Part shown: in pieces, positions 50,575 to 63,736 of the stretch
Numbering within the stretch: position 1 is the first letter of the stretch
Layout: every line of letters begins with the position of its first letter
Assembly: GCF_036971445.1 (NCBI RefSeq)
Contig: NC_091480.1
Span: forward strand, 85,684,001 to 85,748,000
DNA length: 64,000 nt
DNA from: Narcine bancroftii
Taxonomy: Eukaryota
Direction: 5' to 3'
Program-made: the position numbers and the translations under genes
Notes under the pieces: model-generated
The model's database searches: none
What the model saw: only the letters and a program-made list of their open reading frames with translations
Told to the model about the DNA's origin: nothing

Positions 50575-52830
50575 ATCAATTATTGTCATCTGATTGAACA
50601 AGTACTGCCTGACAAACCAGTGTTCTCCGTGCAGACATACAACCAGTCATAACACACATACAGACAAACCATACATATGCAGGACAAGAATTGTATCTAT
50701 ACAAATAAATACATGTTATTTTGTACAAATGAGAGTAACAGATAGTAGTGTGAGCAGTTCCTTTGGTCATTCAACATTCTCATTGCTTGTGGGAAGAAAC
50801 TGTTCCTCAGCCTGGTGGTGCTGGCTCTGATCCTCCTATATCTTTTACACGTCCTCTTCAGGCAATGATCCTGGTAGATCATGTCAATGTTGGGGAGGGG
50901 TGCAGATGGAGACTCCAGTGATCCACTCTTGTGGTCCTGTGGATTGACCTCCAATCCATTTCTCTGCAGCTGGTCTGGTCGCGCTCCATAGAAGGTTGAT
51001 ATAATGGTGGTCAGTTACCTTGCCCGCTTCATTCTTCTCAGGAAGTACAGTCGCTGTTTCGCCTTCCCAACATCTCGATGTTGGGTGTCCATGAGAAGTC
51101 GCTTGTTACGTAAACTCTAAGGAAGTTGGTGTTCTCCATTTTCTCTACTAGAGAGTTATTGATGTGTAGTGGAAGCTGGTTATTCCTGGTCCTCCTAAAG
51201 TCCACAATTATTTTCTTCTTGTCCATGTTGAGACTCAGGTTGTTACTCTTGTACCATTTCATGAGATTTTCCACCTTTCTCTGCATTTTGTTGCATCATC
51301 TGCAAACTTTGACACTGTTGGAGCTGGATCTGCAGATGCAGTCACTGGTCAGTAATGTCAACAGGAGCGGCTGAGCGACAAACCCTGAGGTGCACCAGTG
51401 CTCAGCGTGACGGTGCTCGCTATTTTGCTGCCAACCCAGACAGACTGCAGTCTTTCAGTTAGGAAGTCCAGGATCCAATTGCAAAGATGGGTGTTGTGTC
51501 CCAGTGAGGACAGCTTCTCCACCTGCCTATGGGGAATGGTTGTATTAAACAGTGAACTGAGATCAAGGAACAGCAGTCAAGTGTATGAGGCATCATTCTC
51601 CAGGTGGGCCAGGATGGGGTGAAGCAACAAGGCTATAGCATCACCTGTGGAACAGTTTTTTCTATAGGTGAATTGAAACGGACTCAGTGTTCCGTCACCA
51701 GATGCTCGATGGATTTCATAATAGTGGAGGTCGTTGAGGCCTGTTATGGTCACTCTCTTGGGTACTGGGATGATGATGGCTGTCTTTAACCCTGCAGGAA
51801 GTATTGACTGCTGCAGTGAGGTGTTGAAGATGTCCATGAAGACCTCCATCAACTGCTTCAGTATCCAACGAACTATGTTGTCTGGTCCCGCCGCCTTGTG
51901 TGGGTTCCCCTTGGATAGGTTTTTCCTCAACTCACCCATAGCTATGCAGGGGACCAGTTCATCAGGGGGACATGGAGCTTTCTTTGGCATCATCCTATTC
52001 TCAACATTTATTTATTTGTATAGATGTGCATAGGAGTTCAGAGGGAGGCATCATTAATTTTAATTCGCAAGGTTGACTTTGTGATCCGTACTAGTCTTGT
52101 CTCATGTTGCTTGTGTTGCACAGCTGTCTGTGGATCTTCTGTGCAAACCCATGCTTTGCTTTCTGGATTGCATGGGAGAGTTCAGCCCTGGCTGATCTTT
52201 GTTCCATCCTATACCCTGTCCTGAAGGCAGCATCATGAACTCTGAGAAGGGCCCCGGACCTCTACATCCAATCATGGTTTCTGGTTAACCCTGGTTGTGA
52301 AGCATTCGATATTGGTGGCACTTGCTGATGTAGCCGGTCGCTGAGCTCGTTTACTCCTCTGTTTACATGACCATCGTAGGTTGCCGCCTCCTTGAAACCG
52401 CTCCAACCCGTGGTCTCAAAGCAGTGTTACAGTGCTGCTATTTCAGCCCCACCCACGGCCATGTCCTGATCTCCCTGCGAACTGACCTAGTTTGCTTTGT
52501 CAGCAGTCTGCATGCTGGGGTTAGCAGGTCGGGGTGTGGTGCAGCCTTGTATGCACAAGGGAAGTTGGTGTACACCCATTCCAGGGTGTTCTCTCTTCTG
52601 GTGAAGTTCATGTGTTGTTGAAACTGTGGTAAGACTGCTTTAGAGTTGATGTGATTGAAGTCGCCAGCAACAATGGCACCATCAAGGTGGGAAGTCTGGT
52701 CTTCATAGATGGCACCATAAAGCTCCTTCAAGGTTTTACCTTCATTAGGAGGAATGTAGACTGCAGCAATCAGCATGGCCAAGGGTTCCTTGGGCAGCTA
52801 AGAAAGGTCTGCATTTCACCAGGAGGTATT
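50575..52830 (-). mobile_element. Rex1/Babar-like LINE (endonuclease to 3' end), degenerate
   Basis: AVYIPP...IVAGDFNH (APE endonuclease), KAAGPDNI, IIPVPK motifs; 3' UTR matches the copy at 16290-16955. Confidence 0.85.
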
Positions 52831-54722
52831 CTATCTTTGCTAAGAAGAATGACTTCACAATGGAGACACTGGTGTCCAGTTCTTGTTGATGTAAATGCAT
52901 ACAATGGTGATCTCCATGTCATTTTCTTGTATTAACTTCTAAATTTTCAAACTCAATCATAATGTTTGAATATAATCCCTCTGCCTCTACCATCAAGAAG
53001 AATAAGGTCAAGGGCAGTAGGGACAATTGAATATCACCAACATCCCTGCTAAGTTGCATTCCATCTGCCTGGAAGTGCGTCACTGATCCACCATCGTGAT
53101 TGGGTCTATATCTTGAACTTCTATCTGCCACAGGACAATAGGTGTAGTTTTACCAAGAAGATGATTTACTTGCCAGCTTCTCAAGAACACTTAAGCAACA
53201 ATTGGTACCAATTCTAAAACAAATACATTAAGATGATGGGACCAGGACATATTGAATTACTTTATTTGTACATTTATAAGGAGCTCTGTAATATGCATAT
53301 AAAAATGTAACTAATTGTACCAAGTAAAATTGGTAGATACTCAGCAGGAAATGCAATATCGTGGGAGATATCGACTCTTGAGATCAAGGAGCGCACAAAG
53401 AGAAGCTGGAGGAACTCAGCTCATGGATAGAAGATGAAGTAGATCTGATGAAAGACAGCCCTAAGCCTTTCTCCATAGATGCTGTAGAACATAGAACACT
53501 ACAGCATAGTACTGGCCCTTTGGCTCTCAGGGTTGCGCAGGCCTACATATTGCAACAAAAAAACCCCCTAACTCCTCCCTATCTTATAACCTTCAACTTT
53601 TCTTTCATCCATATGCCTGTCTATCGAACACTACAGCACAGAACAGGCTGTCCTATAAATATACATAATTTGGTCCTTTACCCATTTTATATTATTTTAA
53701 ATTCTCAGCATTTGCATGGCTAATTGAGTTTTCATTTTGTGTTGAATGGGTTAAGTTCAGAGTGAAAACAAGAACCTTTTATTTATAGGTCTTTGATAGT
53801 TTTCTGTTACAATGAATGACTTGGTAATGCCACGAGGATGTGACATCCTGTGTCTTATTTTTTCCATTTTACTTCCCTGTATCCTGTTGCTGACAAGAAA
53901 TTGAGTGATTTGGCAGAGTGCATGAGGAATTATTTTGTGTTTTCCAGTAGGGGAGTAATTGCCATTTTGCATTGCATTTGATGGGCCTTCTGCTTCAATA
54001 CCACATTTATTACACCATTGTTTATATTGCACAGGCATGCTCATCAAACCAAAGGGATTAAAGGCTTCCAGCGTAAATATTAACTTTCCCATCATAAGTT
54101 GATGGTTGATGATACTAATCAAATTGCTGAATGAATATCCTTTGGACTAAATTCAAAGACTTTATCACTTTCTAGGTACCCATGAATTAAATCAAAATTC
54201 TCTCCAGTCCTCCAGCAGCTCCCTAATGGCCAAGGAGGATGGAAAGATCAGCACCAACACCCCAGCAATCTCTTCCCTCCCTTCCCTGGAGTATATCTTG
54301 TCCGGTCCCAATGTTTTCAAGATCCAGTACTTCCTTAATCTCAACATGGTCCAGCACATAAGGTTGTTCTATTCTGACCTCCCCCTTGTGTAAGGTCCTT
54401 TTCTCTGGTGAATACAGAAGCAAAGCATTCATTTACAATCTCCCCGACCTCATCCAAAACAAATTGTCAGCAGTAGGGAAATTGCTGGGGGGGAGAAATC
54501 GGAGGGACAAGATCAATCTACACCTGGGATTAATCAAAAATGGTCAGCAATGCCCTATTTCAGGTGGTCCTTCAATACTGATTTTTATTTTGAAGCGATT
54601 TAATTAGGATGGCAGTGGGTTGATATAATCTTAATGGACCAGTGAGGGGGCCTAATCCAAAAGGCTAGCGATCCAGGATAAGATGGCAAACTGGATCCAT
54701 AATCGGTTTGGTAAATGGAGGC

Positions 54723-56621
54723 TCTTGTGTCTTGGTGTGAGCTTGCAGGCGCCTCAGATTGAAGAGACTGCCATCCGTGCGGTACCGGATGTAAGCAGCG
54801 TCTTCATTGTTGAGGTCTTTCATGGCTTGTTTCAGCATCATGTTGAAGAAGATTGAAAAGAGAGTTGGTGTGAGAACGTAGCCTTGCTTCACGCCATTGT
54901 TAATGGAGAAGGATTCAGAGAGCTCATTGCTGTATCTGACCTGACCTTGTTGGTTTTCGTGCAGTTGGATAACCATGTTGAGGAACTTTGGGGGGCATTC
55001 GAGGTGCTCTAGTATTTGCCAAAGCCCTTTCCTATTCACAGTGTCGAAGGCTTTGGTGAGGTCAACAAAGGTGATGTAGAGTCCTTTGTTTTGTTCTCTG
55101 CACTTTTCTTGGAGATGTCTGAGGGCAAAGACCATGTCAGTAGTTCCTCTGTTTGCGCGAAAGCCGCACTGTGATTCTGGGAGAACATTTTCGGTGACGC
55201 TAGGTATTATTCTATTTAGGAGAATCCTAGCAAAGATTTTGCCTACAATGGAGAGCACCGTGATTCCCCTGTAGTTTGAGCCAGCTGATTTCTCGCCTTT
55301 GTTTTTGTACAGGGTGATGATGATGGCATCACGAAGGTCCGGAGGCAGTTTTCCTTGGTCCCAGCAGAGCTTGAAAAACTCGTGCAGTTTGGCATGCAGA
55401 GTTTTGCCGCCAGCCTTCCAGACCTCTTGGGGGATTCCATCCATACCTGCTGCTTTGCCACTTTTCAGTTGTTCAATTGCCTTGTATGTCTCTTCCCGGG
55501 TGAGGACCTCATCCAGCTCTAGCCTTAAGGGCTGTTGAGGGAGCTGGAGCAGGGCAGATTCTTGGACTGAGCGGTTGGCACTGAAAAGAGATTGGAAGTG
55601 TTCTGACCATCAGTTGAGGATGGAGATCTTGTCGCTGAGGAGGACTTTGCCGTCTGAGCTTTAGTTGCCCATTCAGAGCCAGCTCTTCAGCGCTTGACGT
55701 CCTGTTTTGCGGAAACTGCCAAAATGTTTGGCCTGGAAGTCAGCCTGAAGAAAACTGAGGTCCTCCATCAGCCAGCTCCCCACCATGACTACCAGCCCCC
55801 CCACATCTCCATCGGGCACACAAAACTCAAAACGGTCAACCAGTTTACCTATCTCGGCTGCACCATTTCATCGGATGCAAGGATCGACAACGAGATAGAC
55901 AACAGACTCGCCAAGGCAAATAGTGCCTTTGGAAGACTGCACAAAAGAGCCTGGAAAAACAACCAACTGAAAAACCTCATAAAGATTAGCGAATACAGAG
56001 CCGTTGTCATACCCACACTCCTGTTTGGCTCCGAATCATGTGTCCTCTACCGGCATCACCTACGGCTCCTAGAACGCTTCCACCGGCGTTGTCTCCACTC
56101 CATCCTCAACATTCATTGGAGCGACTTCATCACCAACATCGAAGTACTCGAGATGGCAGAGGCCGACAGCATCGAATCCACTCTGCTGAAGATCCAACTG
56201 TGCTGGGTAGGTCACTTCTCCAGAATGGAGGACCATCGCCTTCCCAAGATCGTGTTATATGGCAAGGTCTCCACTGGCCACCGAGACAGAGGTGCACCAA
56301 AGAAGAGGTACAAGGACTGCCTAAAGAAATCTCTTGGTGCCTGCCACATTGACCACCGCCAGTGGGCTGATCTTGCCTCAAACTGTGCATCTTGGCGCCT
56401 CACAGTTCAGCGGGCAGCAACCTCCTTGGAAGAAGACCGCAGAGCCCACCTCACTGACAAAAGACAAAGGAGGAAAAACTCAACACCCAACCCCAACCAA
56501 CCAATTTTCCCTTGCAACCATGACTGCCTGTCCCGCATCGGACTTGTCAGCCACAAACGAGCCTGCAGCTGACGTGGACATTACCCCTCCATAAATCTTC
56601 ATCTGCGAAGCCAAGCCAAAG
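54723..56621. mobile_element. RTE-clade LINE with 5' inversion (minus-strand RT segment 54723-55660, plus-strand 3' segment 55658-56621)
   Basis: ORFs 54665-55444(-) (NYRGITVLS, QCGFR, FVDLTKAFD, GVKQG) and 55694-56572(+) are consecutive parts of one RT; 10-bp TSD AAATGGAGGC at 54713-54722 and 56622-56631. Confidence 0.92.
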
Positions 56622-59600
56622 AAATGGAGGCAGTGAGTGATAGTGGTGGATTGTTTATGTAATTGGAAGCTTGGGCCTAGTAGAGCACCAGAGATGGTGC
56701 TGGGTGAACAGTTGGTTGGATATGTGAATGACATTGATACAAATACAGGAAGCATGATCCATAAGTTGCACATTATAATTGTTGATGTTCGTGCTGGAAT
56801 TATGCAGTTTATAGTTGTCACAGAGAGGTATAAGACAGAAGCTAGCCCATCAGTCCTCAGTCTGTGATGACCATTAATGACCAAATTGTATGAATTCTAC
56901 ATTAATCCCAATATATAACAACATACAGTAAAACCCTTGGTATCTGTCAGTTATGGGAATGGCAGAAGCCAGATAAATTAGTTTTCCAGTTGCTTGAAGT
57001 TACATAATCGATGAACTGACTGCTAGGGGGGGTGCCAATTTTAAACATTCCGTATTTTTTACCATTTGATTTTCCATAATTTTTTTTGCCAGACAAGTGG
57101 TTTTACTGTAATAATTTAATACAATTAAATTTGAAACTTGAAACTTATTTATTCTTCCAACAGTCTCATCAGATAACCGACAGATCTGCACATCCTTGGG
57201 ACATGGAAGGAAACCCATGTCCACAGGGAGAAGGTGCGAAGTCCATACAGTCAATACCCCATATCAGGATTGAACCAGAGTCTCTAATGCTGCGAGAGTT
57301 GGCTCCACTACCTGCATCAATCTGGCCACCCTGAAATATTTTAATTTGAGTAAGTGGTCATCTGGAAATGGTGTGGCAACGGTCGCTCAACAGGGCAAAA
57401 GGTTGGGTCAATTTCCAAAAAGCACTTTCATTTCTTATTTTGGTGCAAAGAGAGATTTGTGTTTTGTAATATGGGTGTGGCCAGAATAAGTCGCTGGAAC
57501 TCTGGAATGGGTGCTTTGAGTTAATAAGGCCTTTCAATGTAAACTGATTTAATGCTGCTTTTAGGTGCAGAGTGATTTAATGCTGCTTTCCTTGGCCATT
57601 ATACTTCAAGGCTAATGTATACTTCACATCACTTTGATTTAACAATAAGGTAACATGAAATGCTTCATTATATTCATTGCATCGATTGGATAGGAGTGGG
57701 AGTTAAGTGAATAATTTTCCAGTAAAACTCCAATAATTTGACACACTTGGGATTTTGAGGGTGCCAGATTTGCGGCAATTAGATATTATTCTTATTCAAC
57801 AAGGAGTGACACGGTTAGCTCAATGCTGTTACAGCACCAGTATTTGGAACTGGGGTTTAAATCCTGCGCTGTCTGTAAGGGGTTTGTACGTTCCCTCTGT
57901 GTCTGCATGGGTTTCTTCCTGGTACTCTAGTTTCCTCTTTCAAAAAGTACTGGGGTTGTAGGTCAAATGAACAGCACAGGCTCATGGACTGGCAGGGCCT
58001 GTTACCATGCAATATATCTAAATTTAAAAAAAATTAAATTTAAATACACTGTAGCACTGCTAAAGGCAGAGCTTCTGAAATAAATGCTGTCCAAACCAAG
58101 AAAGTAAACCAGTACCTACCATTTATTCAAACACCTCGCGTTTCTTTTTTAGGGGAGGTGACAAGCTCATGGGAGCCATGTCATAATGCTGCTGTGAGGA
58201 TTGACTGTTCCCCTGGCAACACGCTCCTGCAGCCTTGAACTTCTGGGTGGTGGGGAAAAGCCCCTGTGCCCTGCCGTGCTGGCTGTTCGCTACGGTAAAT
58301 TTGGCCCGTCATGTGCAGGGTTGACCCGGTCCACTACATCACTTTAAATTTGTTATTTTCTTAGATGTTACCGGACACGGTGATAACTTTTTCGTAAGCC
58401 CAATTTTTAAATGGTGTTTTGGAAAGGGCTCCAATGAGTTTCAGAAGAGGGCTGGCAACATCAGCTTTGACCCCGATGCCAAACCACTGGGGGTTTCAGT
58501 ATGGCATAATATTGGTGCTTTGTTGCACACTGAATAAATTTATCTCAATTTAGTGATTGGTGAGAGTGTTAGTTATTTTTATCCTACCTGGGAAATGACA
58601 GGATTAATCAGTCAAGAATTCTCCTTCCTGCTGCTAAGTTTCTTCTTAAAAGTATCCATCAGGGGATTTAGTGGGGACTTGATGGTTGATGTTTCTGGAT
58701 TAGAATGGGTTATAGAGAAAGGCCACAATTTGTGTAGCAGTTTGCACAATGCTGCTTGCGCCAGCGACTGGGATTTGAATCTGGCACGGTCTATAAGGAA
58801 TTCTCCCCATGTCTGCGTGAGTTTTCTCCCACTGTTCAAAATGAACTGGGGATTGTAGGTCAATCGGGTGGCACGGGCTCGTGAGCTGGAAAGGCCTGTA
58901 TTTCTAAATTTATTTATATTTTTCATGCCTTCTATATGTTAATTTATCTTGATGTTAATCAGGAAACGGCAGATGTCTTCATAATAAACCTTTTGAAAAC
59001 TGGTTAACCTGGCAGCTCTTCAACCTAAAGAGTTTCCAAGTGTTCATCAACTGAACATGTCACATAGTGCTGCCCTGGAAGATTTAATGTATGTTTTGTT
59101 TCTCTGGTACATTTTTTCCATGTGGCTGTTGCAATTCAAAGCATAAATGTGTAAGTTTATTTCATCATAACAACAAAAAACAAACATTCCAATTATTGGC
59201 TTTATTTTTTTTTCTAGGATGCTCTTTTCAATGAAACTCCTGGCTATTTTTTTCACCACTAATATGTGGAACCTGGAAGGCAAATAAATAATTAATAATC
59301 CTGCGGTTTAAAAAAAACCAGAGAGGGGCAATCTCCTGAAAACATGCATTGTAATGGAGACAAACTTAAATTGTGGGCAGGTAAATGTTTCCCCAAAAAT
59401 CATTGAATTGGAAAGAATTTCCTGTAACCCCTTATACCTTGCATTTTGGCCCTTGTCACAAAACTTGGGTTCTATTATTACAGCTAAAACCACATAAAGG
59501 AAATGTAAAATGTATTGTCTAGTTCAGCACTACCCACAGAGACTGCACTGAAATGGTTGATCTCAGTAATGTGACTGATATTAAAAGCAGTACCTGCCTT

Positions 59601-59849
59601 TCTTAACATTAGTCAGGTTGTCCCAAAGTGTTTTGGAGCCAAAGTGTTTTGGAGCCAAAGTGTTTTGGAACCAAAAGGGCCTTTTCCTGTGAAATTCTAG
59701 TCCATGCCCTATGTTCTAAAGCACCTTTCAAATGCAGTCAGTTTTGTGATGTTGGTAGCTGTATGAAAGAGCACTACAGATTTTTGCTTGAGAACCTGTG
59801 CTTGGAGAGTTGCCAGTTTAAAATTTAGGTGATCGCAATGATGATTCCA

Positions 59850-59995
59850 AAAGTAAAACACGAAAATCTGTAGTCACTGTGGTTCAAGTAAAAACGCACA
59901 ATGCTGGAGAAACTCAGCAGATCAAACCGTGTCCTTTATAGAGCAAAGGTGAAAGAACATAATTGACATTTCAGGCTTGAGCCCTTTATCAAGGT
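59850..59995 (-). mobile_element. Penelope-like terminal repeat with decayed hammerhead core (other copies near 9040-9130, 9295-9410, 15595-15715, 20180-20275, 23170-23230, 41945-42040)
   Basis: Shared GCTGGAGAAACTCAGCAGGTCAAAC block; minus strand reads ACC-TTGATAA-AGGGCTCAAGCCT-GAAA-TGTC. Confidence 0.6.
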
Positions 59996-60692
59996 AATGA
60001 TAATTCCATTCATTAGAATAAGATGAACATTATTGTGTCTTCCATTGGCAGATTACAGTTTTGCCCAAGCATTAATGTAAAATATTTAGCACTTTTAACA
60101 ACACAATTTCCACAATGTATTTGATTTCCTCCTATTCCCACAAAGCTATATTTCAACAAATTATCCAATATATTTTGCGGTAAATTAATGTAGATTTGCA
60201 TTCAGATCTTGATGCCTTAAATTTGTTTAAAAGGCCTTCAAAGGACCCAAATCAGAAATGGGATACATGTCATGGGTTCAATGGATGCAGCTATTAATGA
60301 ATCTGTACACCCCCTCCATAAATCTTCGTCCGCGAAGCCAAGCCAAAGGAACACCCTATATCAGTTAACACCCCTCTCTTGGATGTCTCCATTTAAATCT
60401 TGTGATTAAATGTTTTAAATGGGTTGTGTCTACTGTTTTGGCAGCATTATTATATTTGCTTTTCTTATTGCAGCTGTTTTAATATTTTTAGCTTTGAATT
60501 ATCACATTCAAATTCATCATTAATCATTTGAAGGTGTGCTTCTACAATTCCACTTGTCGGCTAGTTTTGCTTTATCTGAAAATTATTATTTCCCTCCTCT
60601 GCTTGTGACACTCAGGAAGAATGCATGTGTGAAATACATAGTTATATTAAAGTTTTAATTGAAATTCTGTGGAATCTTTCCTTCTCCAACAA

Positions 60693-61279
60693 CTCTAGAC
60701 AACAATTTTTTTTTTGCTTCCTGAAAAAAATTGGGGATTTTGATGGACAACTTCAAGATGAACACAAAAGGTGATTTCAGAGTTGCTGTATCACGTAGTA
60801 AGTTGGAAAAACATTAAATTAACTTTTATTGAATTTAGCCTGTTTAACCACATAACAGTGCTGACACATTGCGTTAGTTGAACTGACTTAAAAACGTTTT
60901 GCCGCTGATTTTCATTTGATGCCTCTCGTGTCAGTTTGAACAAAAGTCAGCCAGTGTTGATGGATTCCAGTTGTCCTGATACTGCTTTTTTTTCCATAGT
61001 CGCAATGTCTTGGTCAAACCTTTCACCACGTTTGGCACCGAGATCAGAAGGGAAGAAGTCCAAGTGCAAATGCAAAAAATGAATTTTCAATGACATGTTT
61101 GCATTTCATGGTTTTGTATGCTTGAAACATGTTAAAAATATGACAGGAAACACAAAAAAAGTTATCTAAACAGCAGTATATGATAGGAAATTTTTAAAAG
61201 TGATTTTTGTGATCAACAATCCAGAATCCATAAAATACACCCAAAAGTGTTCAGGAAGCAAAATCTTAATTGTCCAGTG
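60693..61279 (-). mobile_element. Chapaev3-type DNA transposon deletion derivative with transposase C-terminus
   Basis: Terminal regions shared with 13770-14560; ends ...TTGTCCAGTG|TAA; minus strand encodes MSLKIHFLHLHLDFFPSDLGA..GERFDQDIATMEK..YQDNWNPSTLADFC. Confidence 0.75.
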
Positions 61280-61360
61280 TAATAATAGGGCCTGAAAGAC
61301 ATACATTTGAATTTGGAAGCCTTTAGGAGTACTTGAGGTTTTGGATGGATATTACAAACC

Positions 61361-61566
61361 TTAGCAATGGTCTTTATAGTCATGACAGCAGTCATCATGT
61401 TTGGAGCAGCTTGTAGTACAGCTGCAGGGAAAACTATGTGAATAGGCACCACATCGTCCTGCACAAGAACTCATATCAACCCCCTCGCAACTGCAAGGAC
61501 CACCAGAGATTCCACCACTGATGCCGATGTACCTTTCTGGCTTGTAGTAGGTGTCCGGGAGCTTAG
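61361..61566 (-). CDS. Terminal exon of an unidentified gene encoding a C-terminal somatomedin-B-like cysteine-rich domain
   Basis: Strong acceptor tttctcttcctcttgcAG (AG at 61568-61567); phase-1 frame KLPDTYYKPERYIGISGGISGGPCSCEGVDMSSCAGRCGAYSHSFPCSCTTSCSKHDDCCHDYKDHC then TAA; SMB pattern SCxGRC...CxCxxxC...DCCxDYxxxC with all 8 Cys. Confidence 0.85.
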
Positions 61567-62043
61567 CTGCAAGAGGAAGAGAAATTTAGATGAGAGATGA
61601 GTAATCTTCACTTTGCAAGAATTGTGAAGCAAGCAGTTTGATGGTGGTCTTATTTTGTTTTTTACAAAAATCATGTCTACTTGGCTAGACCCAGGAGCTT
61701 CTTCCAACTTGGTCTCTGGACCAAGAAGATGCCCCTGTGTAATGTGGGTTGTGCAATATGCAGACAACCTGCCACACTTGCACAATGACTTTATGGGTTT
61801 TTTTTTCACATATAGCCACTGCATTCAGGAAATTATTGCCATTTTCCCAGAGAACATGCTGCGTAAAAAGGTCAGAACGGGAATGAAGATGCCATTCCCG
61901 TCCTGATATTTTACCTCCTCGACCCCCAGTAAATTTCCTGGAATGCCTGCAGCCTAAAGTTAACTGCAGCCATTCTGTGAACAATGGGTTAATGAATAGC
62001 ACAAATCGATGATGTGCATTTCAAGTCCCGCCTCTTTAATTAC

Positions 62044-62171
62044 CGCACCTCCGGTACGTTGCCTTAACTCGTTTAAGGAAACCGAGATTTTGAGTTTTGG
62101 AAATTCGTGTGTGTGAACGACCATTACTGAAATGGACATTCTTCAGACCAGTAAAACCACGCAAATTCGAT
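62044..62171 (-). CDS. Candidate penultimate exon of the SMB-domain gene
   Basis: ttttttttaAG acceptor and G|GTAATT donor; only one open frame (SNLRGFTGLKNVHFSNGRSHTRISKTQNLGFLKRVKATYRRC); ends in phase 1, matching the SMB exon (G+CT=Ala). Confidence 0.55.
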
Positions 62172-63505
62172 CTTAAAAAAAACATTTGACAACTACCAAA
62201 GCCCTGACCCAAGCTCAACAGCAGCCAATGTGCCTTTAACATTCGCAGCTACTTAAATAATATTTAAGACTTGTTAATAATTATTTGAATCATTTATAAG
62301 GACCCATGCTCTAAAACAACAAATATTGAAGCTAGCCAAAGTATTTAATAAAAAGGCAATTTAACTCTTCCCTTGCAGCTGATGTCTCCCATACATTTTT
62401 ACTTGTCTGAGGTTTAATCCAATACAGGACTAGTATTCTGCAGTCTGATGAACATACTATACATAAGTCGTGGGAAGGAGGGCCTGGTAAGGGGAAAGTT
62501 ATCAAGTTAAGTAGAAAGGGCAAGGTGATAGATTAGGACATCAAAATGGACATTAATAACCAGAATTTGTTAAGAAGAGGATAGATACTGAGCAATAAGA
62601 AAGGGTTACTTAATAATCTAAGAGACATTTAAAGGGACAGTGATCATATGATAAAATCTTGTAAAGTAAGAAAGCTTTGGAGGAATTAATAAGATCGCTC
62701 TACCTGTAATAGGTAGAGTGCTAAAAAGATTCAGCAAGTTAATTCCAAATTAGTCAGATTGGATTTATAATTCTAAAATTGAGAAGAATCTGATTGACAC
62801 ATGCTCTATTCTACAGGACTGATGCAGGGATTATGTTTCCCCTGGTTAGGCTATGGCTGGGAATAACTTTAGTACTGGACAGGCACCAGAACTTTCAGTA
62901 CCGTTACTCTTTTTTTAGGGGTGGGGGGAGGGGAATGTGTATTCTCCCAATACTACATTCAATTTCAGCGATAAGAGTGGTCAGTTTCCTCATCTTCCCC
63001 ACAGTCTTTGCTCTCATTCAGAGACTTCAAGAATGACATTGCCATTAGACACGTGCAAGAGCCAAGGTTTCTAAAATACTGCTTTCCAAATCTTCATAAA
63101 TGCCTTCCTTATGGTCACTAATGACTTCAGTTATAACCAGTTCTAGCTGATTAACCAACTACTTTATTTTACTTAAAAATTAAACCAAATTGAACAAATG
63201 AATATTTTAAACCAAATGACATCGTTATTCAACAAAGCCCGCATTTATAGAAACAGCAGGTGGCAGAATGCACACCCTTGTATTTGCTGGTCCCACACCT
63301 GAGTCAAAAGACTTCAATTGACTGGTACTATACCAACATGAAACTGGATATTTATGCCAGCTTTTAGCAGTAACCCAACTGCCTCAGAATGGCTTCCTCT
63401 GGCCCTGCAAATTCATCTGGTAGAGGCTGGTACTTACTTTAATGGAGGAGGCTTTGCTGGCCTAAGTCTTTACCCACATCAATGCTGGAAAGTTCAAAGC
63501 CAACC

Positions 63506-63736
63506 TGTAGCGCATCAAATGACTCAAAGACTTGTTGAGTCAAACCAAGGCTTTTATTAACAAAAGACTGGAGCGTATTACATTGAGGTCAACCAGTCCA
63601 GACTGACCCAGGTCTGGTTAGGAGCACCCTTTAATGACCTGCAAGTAGGCGTGCCTATGGTTCTCAGCCAATCACTACTACTCTATGTAAATATATACAA
63701 ATAGATACAATGGTGATCGTATTCTGTACTATCACA
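63506..63736 (-). mobile_element. Solo LTR, family A, diverged copy
   Basis: TGTAG...TATCACA; TSD CAACC/TAACC. Confidence 0.8.

Noticed and set aside
61471-62002. ORFs 61471-61824(-) and 61685-62002(-) as part of the SMB gene
   Set aside because: No convincing splice sites or motifs, and 61471-61824 reads the SMB exon in the wrong frame; treated as intronic.
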